The notes under the pieces were generated by a model that made no database searches, was not told the DNA's origin, and saw only the letters and a program-made list of their open reading frames with translations. Below are positions 13,154 to 23,267 of a stretch of 64,000 bases of DNA, in pieces. Position numbers and translations under genes: made by a program. Position 1 is the stretch's first letter. Every line of letters starts with the position of its first letter. The stretch is from Moniliella sp. 'wahieum' (taxonomy: Eukaryota): NCBI GenBank assembly GCA_003971905.1, contig RSEE01000008.1, positions 930,001-994,000 of the forward strand, read 5' to 3'.

Positions 13154-14029
13154 ATGAGCGACCTGCGACAAGAAGTGCTGACCGCTAGGCTGGAACGCAC
13201 TGTTTTGCGTGACCGCAGCCCCGACGAGAGCGAACTAGTCGGTGTCCGCACTGCGCCTGGCACGCCCGCGCTCTCCCGCGACACATCGCCCACCGGCTCC
13301 CCCGCCCTCTCACCCGGCGCCTCGAATCGCGCCACCGCACACGAGATGGCCTCGATCCTCTTCGCCGTTTTCCGCCTGAGGTGCGTAAGCCCCCCTCCCC
13401 CCGCCATCCACTTTCTCCTGCCTCTCCCCTCCCCTCTTCCCCGCGTTGGGTACGCCACTGACACGAACGCAGGTGGCTCAACGGATCTTCCTCTCATTGC
13501 CAGTAGAGACGCTGGCCAATTGTTCGCTGGTGTGTCGACACTGGCGTCAATCCGCCACGCTGAACTATGCCTGGTTCCGCCACTGGGAAGAGGAGGAGCG
13601 ACTTCCTCCTCCTCCGGCCAAGGGGTATGGGCGTACGTATCTCCCCTAAGTGGACTGCTACTACCTCCGCTGGGCCAGGGCGGGGCCAAGTGGAGCAAGC
13701 GCCAGAGCCGGACCGATTGGAAAAAGGCCTACATACGTTCCGTGCGCGAACGGCTGTTCCCCAGGGAAAGCCTGGCGTCGTATGGGATTCGAACTGGGGC
13801 GTCGCGTGTCCAGACCGTCGAGAACAAGTCCCGGTCGGAGAAGATGGCTGATGCGGGCGTCCTCTCGGCCACCGCGTGGAGGCAGCAACAATGGGCCGCA
13901 GAGGCACGCGAAGAGCAGTGGAGCAAGGAGGACATGCGTGAGAGTTACAAGGTCGGAAACAAGGGTGGCAAGGTCAAGGGCAAGTCCGCCAAGGGGGGCA
14001 ACAAAACCTGGAACGAGTTTGCTCGATGA
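13154..14029 (+). CDS. F-box protein (intron about 13381-13471, frameshifted)
   Basis: DPLRRFPPE|VAQRIFLSLPVETLANCSLVCRHWRQ is a typical F-box consensus split by an intron; C-terminus is basic. Confidence 0.7.
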   Translation: MSDLRQEVLTARLERTVLRDRSPDESELVGVRTAPGTPALSRDTSPTGSPALSPGASNRATAHEMASILFAVFRLRCVSPPPPAIHFLLPLPSPLPRVGYATDTNAGGSTDLPLIASRDAGQLFAGVSTLASIRHAELCLVPPLGRGGATSSSSGQGVWAYVSPLSGLLLPPLGQGGAKWSKRQSRTDWKKAYIRSVRERLFPRESLASYGIRTGASRVQTVENKSRSEKMADAGVLSATAWRQQQWAAEAREEQWSKEDMRESYKVGNKGGKVKGKSAKGGNKTWNEFAR

Positions 14030-14599
14030 GATCATCCAGCTCGGCTCGGGACGCTTCCACGTTTTAGGGCGATCTTGTCGCCTGCCATATCCTGCTACTC
14101 TGTTGTCGACGTCTGTTCCATTCTTCTCGTGATACCTCTCTGGTGCCTCTCTGGGCCCCTTGCGACTCGTTGGTTTAGCCTTCTAGTATCATATTGTTCA
14201 ATCTGGTTCGCAGGCTTGGTTGGAGCTGCATAGTATGTCAAGATAGGTCGACCAAGGGGGTGGTTGTGGGGGTGTGACTCATCAGAACGGCTCGAGGTCT
14301 CAAGCTTTAAGCTTCAAGCTTCAAGCTTCAAGGGTTATAGTTCTTGTGGGTCCAAAGGTCAACCCAGAGGCCAGAGCCTTGAAACGAGCAGTGAAGCGTG
14401 TCATGGCGGCATGCTCCATACTACCCCACAATCAAGTCCACTAGACACCCACCAGCTTTCACGCCGTTTGGCAGTATACCTAGCCCCCATTCCAGCGTCC
14501 GGTAACCGGCAGGTCCATATCCCCATCTTGTACTGTTGCTTCTCTTGGAGTCCTATTATATAGCCAGTTATGCCCGAAACCTTGGTCCTTTTTATAACA

Positions 14600-15335
14600 G
14601 AAGACCATCCGTCCCGCGCCTCAAGCTCTCTGACCAGCAGGTTCAGGTTGGTCTCCAGCACCGCACGCTGTGCCGCACCGCACGCAGCATGTGCAAGTGC
14701 GGCGTTATGTCCTCGCTGGAGCACATCATGTCTTGCACCCGCTCCCAGGCCAAGTTTGGTGCGTTGCATAAGGCAGTGTGGGAGCCCATTCTCCAACTCG
14801 TGCGCTCCATCCCCGACACCCACGTCCGCAAAGAACCAGCTGTGGAGGAAGAGAATGGGTCGAGGCGCGGGCGGAAAGCGCAGCGCACCGACTACCGCGT
14901 GATGGGGCCCGGAGCGCTCGGAGGATCAGGAATGGAGGTAGACGACATGCTGCGCGACACGGAAACCAGGAGGCGCAGAGCGCGTACCGGAGGGTGGTGC
15001 ATGAGAGCACCGCAGCGCCCTTGGAACGCCGGGAGAAGGAGCTGCTTCGGCTGCTTGAGCAAGCATCAGAATGCGACAAGAACGCCCAGTACCAGGGACG
15101 CACTCAAGAGCCATTTTTCCTCCTGGTTTTGACGACCCGAGGATACTACGGCACCAAGACAGCGGGCAAGATGTTTGCGCATTGGAAGAATTTGGCTACT
15201 AAGTCTCAATGGAAATGGTTCCTCGCTCGGATGTCAACCACGTTCATCCGTGTCCACACGCGCTACCTAGGGTACGGGACAGGATGGCGAGAACCAGAGG
15301 GTCCTGATATCCTGGCGATCCCCTTGGTTCCTTAA
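14600..15335 (+). mobile_element. Degenerate 3' fragment of a non-LTR retrotransposon with restriction-like endonuclease (CRE/Cnl1-like)
   Basis: LSDQQVQVGLQHRTL...CKCG-x6-H-x3-C zinc knuckle, then (R>L)H, KEP, RTD and EVD, then K..QY and PFFLLVLTTRG. This is the motif order of RLE C-terminal domains. No RT is present and there is one frameshift. Confidence 0.6.
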
Positions 15336-15455
15336 CCTTGGTGGCGCTTCCAAGTAACCCCCGCAAGATGAACGGTTCGGTTTAGAAGTAGCGTTTCCCC
15401 TGTCCCAGCCTTAAGCTCTGTCAATAATATGGACGCAACAGAAGAATAATCGAAT

Positions 15456-15585
15456 TGTCATGGGGGGAGTCCCGAAGAGAGGTGGGACCCCCCCTGTAGT
15501 TTAGGGGTATAAACCCTTGGACAGATCAATCGGTGGCTCCTACGTTAGGTCCTGCTCCAGATCCTGGTTGAACCGAGGGTGAGAA
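15456..15585 (-). mobile_element. Truncated LTR end (about 130 bp) of the family at 57069 and 58168-59012
   Basis: TGTCATGGGGGG...CCCTGTAGTTTAGGGGTATAAACCCTTGGACAG...CAGATCCTGGTTGAA is near-identical to the reverse complement of about 58895-59012. Confidence 0.75.
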
Positions 15586-16268
15586 CTGGTATCTTATACG
15601 AAGCCACTGAAGTACTTAAGCTTGAAATGTGACAGAGGAAACGCACTGGGGTTGGCTCAGACGAGTAATCGTCGGAGTGGTCACGCAGCTACATTTCTCC
15701 TTGGTGCACTCGCCAAAACAATACTGTTTCATCTTGCCTGGTATGCCCTCTCGTTCCCCATATAATTCTCCCCATTATCGCATAATCGAGAGACGGACGT
15801 ATATACAGAAGCACTGGATGTACATAGCCGACGCAAGCAAGCACATATCCTCTCTTTTTAACAGCCTGCTACCTCACGATTTTGTATAAGAGTCGCCTGC
15901 ATGTACTTCAAAACGTCATGGATCGTGATCATGGCTCACATGCACACACTACACATTCCCGTGCCTTCCTAAGCCTTTCTGAACGGAACTTGGAGTGCAA
16001 CTTGGAGCGTAATACTAGCACTACGTTGATCCCCGACACAAAGGCGTGTGCACCAGAACAATTTCTGTCATGCATGTGATGGTCTACTAGTAGTGTATCC
16101 TGACATGGGCAAGGTGATGCATGGGATACAAAAATTAGAAAAGAAAACCGAGTTTATATTGAAGCACGGCAGTGGGGCCGTGGTGGGGCGTGATGTAGCA
16201 CAAATGGTATGAAGAGGCGGACAACAACCCTGTGTGGAGGGGTGAAAGGAAAGTGGAAAAGTTGATTA

Positions 16269-16357
16269 TGGTGAGAAACAGGGAATCGAACCGTATCGAC
16301 CCCCGGTCTTCCAGAATTAGCCCAGGATGTGCTTTGGACCACTGACTGCATTATTCA
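16269..16357 (-). pseudogene. tRNA-like, probably degenerate, Pol III element
   Basis: Minus strand has an A-box-like TCAGTGGTCCAAAGC, then GGAAGACCGGGGGTCGAT, a B-box GGTTCGATTCCC and a TTTT run shortly downstream. Stems are imperfect and no anticodon can be assigned. Confidence 0.3.
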
Positions 16358-18068
16358 GTCTGCCAGATATGAGTGTCAGAGGCCGTCAGGAGAGGATGAT
16401 ATTGGCCTCCAACAAGGGGTGTAGCGCCGGGTACCGGTGCAAACCGATGGCGCCTCAGGGCTACAACACGCCTCAACACGGCCTTTGGCGGAGCCGCCTG
16501 CGCGCCTGAGCGCCTCAAGCTCGCGCTTGAATCAAAGCCGTAAGGTGTAGCATGTAAAAGGGCATCAGATACATCGGACACTGGAAGACCGAGTTGGGAT
16601 GTTCTCCCTGTTCTCCCTCGCAGCCCCGCGAGCGCAAGCCACATAGAGGCCACATGCTCAGTCTAATGGAAGGATCATCGATCATCAATCACCAATTAAT
16701 CACCAGCCAATGCACTATGCAGCAGACTGACGACATAGCGATCGAATATCATGCATCATGCGTAACATCTTCTTACACATGGGCCAAGCTGGAAGGGTGT
16801 TCGGATGCGGCGCTTTTTCCGAAGTATTCGACTCCAGCTTACTCCAGCTCGCACAAGCTCGCACCCTTCACTCACGCACGCCCTTGCACATCTCAGGCCC
16901 CTGAGGGCCTGAGGCTGACGCTGACGGAGGCGGAGGGATGCAACAGTATAGGTATGGATCGATAGTACATCTCGATACTCGACTCATACCTAGGGCTGAG
17001 CAGCAGTGCGGAGAAGGTGATGGAAGACTTGATGCGTGGCGCATGATGCATGGTGGAAAGGGGTGCCATGGTGCGAAGTCTATGATGTGCATTCGGCCAG
17101 CTCGTCACGCGTATAACGCGTAACGCGTAACGCGTAACCCGCCCACCGCCGCTCAGCGCTCACGCGTGACGCACCACCGCAGCAATCTCCCAGATGTTCG
17201 TGACTCGAACAATCGAATCTTCCAGCGGTGCATCGGGACGCTCACGCGTCACGCGTCAGGGGGCAGTGGGCTGGCACAGGCTGGCACAGGCTGGCGCGAG
17301 AGGCGCAGGGTGGCAGAGGCGGGCGCGAGGCGCAAGGTGGTAATCGATCGAGCCCTCTTGCACCGGGGGGCCCTGGCAACGCAACGAAGTGCGATCACAT
17401 GCAGAGTCTCTCACATGTCTGGTTCGCACAATTCACCAGGTGCTTCTTTTAGCGCTTGTTGCTGAGCAGGATCTGCGGTTCAGCACCCGCACGCCGCCAG
17501 TTTAAGCCTCTTGGCGAACGCGAGTGCTCCCCAGTGCGACCAGGCCACGCAGCGCCCGACTCACCTGCAGTCTTAAGTCGCACCGCGGGGGCAGTGGGAG
17601 AAACCATTCTTCGGGCCAGCACCTGCGCAGTGTGTGTGCAGACAGCCCTCAAGCTAGCACAGCGTGGGGGCCAATAATTGATGGCGCGTTACGCGCTATG
17701 TGTTGGGCGGCTAGGGGCGGGCGGCCGGTGAGGGCGCGCTCACCGGCGCAGCGGCAGTCCCTGGCCGCTGCTGTGTTGGCACGCGCATGGTGCATGATGA
17801 TGATGCATGATGCCGATCTGTACAGACAGTTTGCGCCCGCTATTACGCCGCCCACACTTGCCTTGTGCCGTCCCAGGGCCACAGGGGCCTCAGGCTGAGG
17901 CCCCCCGTCCTCCACGTTTCAGCCTTCCCACCCGCCTCCGGCCCGCCTCGACCCTCTTCAAGCTGGCCTGGCCTTCCGACATCTTCCATCCCTCCCCCCA
18001 CCTCTCCTCCCCCTCCCCCTTCCCCCGTCCCCTTTCTCCAGCTCCGGGCCCACGTTCTCTACCAGGCC

Positions 18069-19543
18069 ATGCTCAACGTTGCTTCCCTCGCCCTTGTCGG
18101 CGGCCTGCTTGCCGGTCAGGCTGCCGCCCACCTTGGTCATGGTGTCCCGGGCCACCTCACCCCTCGCATGAAGGCGGAGGCGGCCAAGCGCGGCATGGAG
18201 CGTCGCCAGACCTCGTACAACGACCAGACGTGGCAGTCTGTTTCCTCTGCTGCGGCAGAGTGCGGGGTTACAACTATGCTCCCACCTCTTCCTTCAGCTC
18301 GCACTTCCCCGAGATGTGGGAGATCGCCTCGATTGTGTCCTCGGACACGGAGGCGCAGAACGTATGGAAGCAGATCCAGTCCTCCGGCGCTATCCCCAAC
18401 ATTGCACCCAAGGGTACCCCCACTTCCTCCGAGCAAGGCACTCACTATGATGAGAATACCGACCCCGACTGCTGGTGGACTGCTACGCTTTGCACCAAGC
18501 CCAAGCACCCCAACCTGCCTGTCGACATCATCGACTGCCCTACCCCGTCCACCTGGGGTCTGACCTTTGATGACGGGCCCAACTGCACCCACAATGCTTT
18601 CTACGACTTCCTTAAATCCAAGAAGCAGACGGCCACCATGTTCTACATTGGCTCCAACGTGCTCAACTGGCCCCTGCAGGCCCAACGCGGTCTGACGGAT
18701 GGCCACCAGCTCGCCGCCCACACCTGGTCGCACCGTTACACCACTGCCCTCAGCAACGAGCAGGTCTTCGCTGAGCTCTACTACACAGTCAAGGTTATCA
18801 AATGGACCACGGGTGTCACCGTGACCTCGTGGCGCCCGCCTTACGGTGATGTTGATGACCGTGTCCGCGCCATCGCCAACGCGCTTGGCCTCGACACCAT
18901 CATCTGGACCGACGACACGGACGACTGGAACGTGGTCCCGTACGTGACTTGCCCCCTTTGCCTCTTAGCCTCTGTGATTGCCTGTTACTGATTCCTTTTC
19001 TTTAGTGGTGGCACGGCTCCTACCGCTTCGATCCAGGCGAACTACAACAGCATCATTTCCAAGGGCAAGGATCCCGCCGCCACGGGTGGTGTCGTTGTTC
19101 TCACCCACGAGATCAATGCCCAGACGATGCACATGATGATGAACGAGTACCCCACCATTGCTTCGACTTTCAAACACATTGTGCCCGTGCACGTGTGCCA
19201 GAACAAGACCCAGCCGTACCGTGAGGGCTCGTATGTGTACCCCAACTTTGAGCAGTACATTGCTGGCACCATCTTGCCCTCGGGTGTGCCCGACCCTACC
19301 GAAATCACCGCCTCCGCCGTCTCCTCGATCCAAGTCGGTGCCATCTCCTCGTCGGCCCAGGCTACACTCAGCATCTCTTCCTCTGCAGCCCCTTCTTCGG
19401 CCGCTGGCTCTTCTTCGGCCGTTGCCCAGGCGTCGCAAGCGTCGGCAAAGTCAGACAAGGCCAGCGGTGCCTCCGCTGGCGTGGCCGCTGCTGGCTCGGT
19501 GGCTCTGGCAGCCGTGGGCGGCGCGGTGGCCTTGTTCGTTTAA
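18069..19543 (+). CDS. Chitin deacetylase (CE4/NodB), secreted, probably GPI-anchored (intron about 18940-19005)
   Basis: Signal peptide MLNVASLALVGGLLAGQAAA; CE4 motifs TFDDGP, HTWSH, WRPPYGDVDDRVR, VVLTHE; Ser/Ala-rich stalk and hydrophobic C-terminal tail. Confidence 0.92.
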
Positions 19544-20311
19544 GTCTAGTTACTATCTCTAGTTATTAGTCAAGGTTGGGGGGTCCCGAAGCATCGATGT
19601 GTTCTTGTCGATCAGCTTGGGCACCCCTCCGCTGTCGCATTCCAGTTCGTCTTTTGGTGCTTCCTAATCATTCCCCCACTTTGTTTCGTTTTGCTTGCGC
19701 ACTGCACCCTTCTTTTATCCACTCGTGCCAGGTCGTACCTGTCTCCTGCTATCCATCATTTGTGTTCCCACATTCATCCCCACGACGGTCGAGATTGAGA
19801 TTGATCCAATGACCATGCTAGTTTTGTCTGCGATGCTATACATACCGGCAGTAGTATGCCTTGCCTTTGTTCATCGATAGTAGTAGAGGGCAACCCGTCA
19901 ATTGTTGTGCCAGCGTTGTTGGCTTTGCCTTTTGGCTTTCAGTGTTTCTCTATCATAGCCTGTTGTTTCTCGCCAGTCCGACCGCTCTTTGACCCCGGCA
20001 TCACCCCCTCCTTACCCTCTCCTCCCCTGAATAGAACATCAATAGAAATTGCGTCGCGTGGTCGTCGCGTGCTCCCGCACGCCCAAAACGCGGGGGTATA
20101 TATGTGCACGCGCACTGCCCCGTCCAATTGAACGCTATGCACTCGAAAAAAAGAGGGGACCCCGGCACATTCCTTCCGTGCCGCCGAGCACTGCACCAAC
20201 CAAAGCACCCTGGGGTCTGCCCCATCCGATCCAACAGCCCGGTCCCCCCAAGTGGGTACCGAGGAGAAAATACACAAGCGGATCGTGGGCTTGATTGGTG
20301 TCCTCCCTGCC

Positions 20312-22252
20312 TCACACTGGCACCGGTTTGCGGCGCACCGGGGGACGATGGCTGCCCTGGTGCGACAAAGCAGACAAAGGCGGCTTGGACAGGCTAGGAG
20401 AGTAGGCGCTCGGGATGGGGCCGTCATACCAAGATACACTTGAGGTCACCACGTCTTCGTGTCCCGCCAAAGAAGGACGAAGCGGCTGGTGCGTACCCTC
20501 CCCCTCGACGGTGGCGGAGAAGGAGAGGTTGGTCTGGGTACGCACCGATCCGCGCCGGGGGGGGCGCGGTGGGCGTACAGGTGCGCTGGAGAGGACCGAG
20601 CCGGAACCATACAGAAGCGGAGAAGAGAGTTGGGTGGGTTCGCTTCGGTGCGGCGCATCAGGAGACGAAAGCGGTGTGAGTGCCAACTGGTCCAAGTTGT
20701 TGTCGGCAGCAGACCGAAGAGGCAAGCGGGGAGCGGATGGAGTAAGTGGAGCGGGAGCTTGGGTATGCGCTTGAATCCGAACCGGCTCCGAGGCCGGGGC
20801 TGAGGATGGAGCCGGGGCGGAGGGATAGCAAGGTGGGTCAAGGGACGGAGGCGGGGGTGGGTGAGCAGGGGTCGGGGCAGAGTAAGGTAAAACGACTGTG
20901 TTGGATCTGGTGGTACTGCAGGTCCTGGTGTGAGTCGGGGAGAGCGGTAGGGGAGGGATTATTAGGTTCGGTGGCTGCCTTGTGGACAAACGTGGTGGCT
21001 ACCAGCGTTTCCCATGCATCCGCTCGGACGTCGCGGTTCAACTCGTCAATGTGGGCTTGGCTGGTAAATTGTGTCTGGTACTGCTCTCGCCGGGCTTGAA
21101 TCACAGGGTAAGCGCTCGCTACGGCCAGTATCACATCGGGGCAATCACGAAAAATGTCGATGCGGGGGTTGGCGTTCATGCCTGTCCAAACCGACCATCC
21201 AAGCATGGTTAGTGGGCGCGCGCTGGGGTCGGGACCAAAGAGGGTATCGGAAGACAAACGTACCAAAGCTCAGAAACGCATAGCTGGGTCGGTTCCCATC
21301 CTTGTCAGCCGTTACAGGACGGAGAAAGAGGTTGCCGTGCAGCATGCCCTTCCAGGCCCATTCGCCCCAGGGGGTAGTGAACTGGTGCTTGTGCGTATTG
21401 AAACTCTTGGTCAGCGTGCCCACATGCTGGCCTGGCGTGTTCTCTCCCCCCCCGAAGGAATGGTGATCTCAAATGGCCCACTCTTGTCCCCGGCCGCTTT
21501 GCGTACAATGGCCAGAGGCCGTTGGGAACTGTGTATTGAACGGAGTTCGACGCTCCACTGCCAAGCAGTCAGGCCTGCAGGCGAAGCGGAACGGGAACGG
21601 GAACGAGCGTCGCCCCCACCACGTAATTTGCGTAGCAACGACTTGCCCCCGCCCTTGGTCGTTCCAGCCAGGCTCGGCTCAACCATCGACACCATACTGC
21701 CCTGGGACGAAAGTGAAGAGGATGGCACGGACGGGTTGGCAACTGTGCAAAACGTCAGACAAGGCACCGAAGCCGAGGCGCGAACACTGGGTGCCTTGCC
21801 ACGCGTCGGGGTCTTGGGTGCCAAACTTTCCCACTCTTCTGCGCCATCGTCATAAGACATGCTAGGGCTCAGGCTGAGCGGATCGGCGGCGGAGCAGAGG
21901 CTGTGGTAATCCCCGATCATGGGCGCGCTGCCAGCGACGAGGTAGGGGGGGGAGCTACCGAGGAGGAGATGGAGAGCGAAGCGGGTTGATGATGCCGGTC
22001 CAGCACAGGCATGGTTGCTAGCCCGTCCGGCGACCGGGCAGCAGTGTTGGGGCGAGCGGAGAAGGCAGAGCTGGCATGCCCAGCGGGGGGAAGAGGCGTT
22101 GAGTGTCCGCCACACACGCCAGGCGGAGGAGCACCGGCATAGGGCGCGGGCTCGGTGATGTACAGATGGAGCTGGTCGGTGTAGCTGTCCGAGTGGCCGA
22201 GGGCGAGGGAGATGGTGCGGGTGGGGAAGGCCAGGGGCAGGGGAGCGTCCAT
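20312..22252 (-). CDS. Hypothetical protein (frameshifted; 3' end uncertain)
   Basis: Chain of minus ORFs from MDAPLPLAFPTRTISL through FTTPWGEWAWKG and LGWSVWTGMNANPRIDIFRDCPDVILAVASAYP to a Pro-rich tail. Confidence 0.45.
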
Positions 22253-22731
22253 GACGGGCGGGGGTGGGGTGGGGGAGGAGACAGAGGAGGGGGAGGAGGT
22301 GGTGGTGGCTTGGACGTGGTTCGAAGGATCCTTTTCCAAGGGGGTGGCCGGCAAAATACCAAAGCAAATGCAACCGTCAACGGGGGAACATACGTATACC
22401 TTCACCGGGCAATCGGTGAAATTGATGAAAGAGTAGGAGGCGTAGAAGCCACAACCAGGCCCTGTGCCTGTCTAGCGTGTGTGGGGCTCAACTCTAAAAA
22501 GCGAAAAACTCCTCTGCCCCCATAGGTGTCTAAGTGCAGGAGCAGCAGCAGGCAGCAGCTCAGCGGCCAAATGGCAGAAGCGCCGCACGCAGGCACATGC
22601 CGCACTGGGCCAGCGCTCAGTCGAGCACTGTTCACCGATCAGTGAAACTGAGTGGCGTCGGACGGGTGACGTGCTTGTGTGAGATGGCCACGTGCTCTGT
22701 TGGCCGATTATTAAATCGATTCGATGCTGGG

Positions 22732-22830
22732 CGCTGGCAGGAGCAGGGCAGGGCGGCCACGGGACTCGACATGCTCAGCGCTGGCAGGAGCAGGGCAGGG
22801 CGGCCACGGGACTCGACATGCTCAGCGCTG
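22732..22830. repeat. 47-bp perfect tandem duplication (2 copies plus a few bases)
   Basis: CGCTGGCAGGAGCAGGGCAGGGCGGCCACGGGACTCGACATGCTCAG at 22732 and 22779. Confidence 0.95.
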
Positions 22831-23153
22831 ACAGGGCCGCCCAGCAGGGACATGGACTCGGACCTATTGGGGCTGGGACGGGGGGCGGGAGGGCTGGAGG
22901 GCTGACAGGGTTGGGCGCCGGGACCAGCTGGACACCCATGTGGACGCAGTAGCATGATGTGGTGCATGATGTGGCGGCGCGGGAGTTGCTAGTTAGGCCT
23001 TGGGCCCTAGGAATTGCTGGAGTTCCTCTCGTTCCTAGTTCCTACTGGCTGCTGCAGTGCCCCTGCTGCCTTCGGTCCTATATAGGCGGCCAGCAAGCAT
23101 GTGGTGTTGCGGCCGGCTCCACCAGGTCCACATCACCTACCTTACCCACCCTA

Positions 23154-23267
23154 TCGCCTCCAGGGGCACTTGTGTACCTTGCCAGCGCGATGGCCAGACG
23201 CGTGCTGCGTGCCGCTTTTTAGTATTACCAGAGTACAAGCCTGCCGCCAAGCCCTTCAGACTCTTTC
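23154..23267. repeat. 114-bp direct repeat, left copy, flanking the LTR array
   Basis: TCGCCTCCAGGGGCAC...CCCTTCAGACTCTTTC is identical to 28744-28857. Confidence 0.95.

Noticed and set aside
14399..14599. Possible 200-bp solo LTR (TGTCATGG...TTATAACA with a TATA-like motif)
   Set aside because: No TSD and no second copy in the window, so it cannot be supported.
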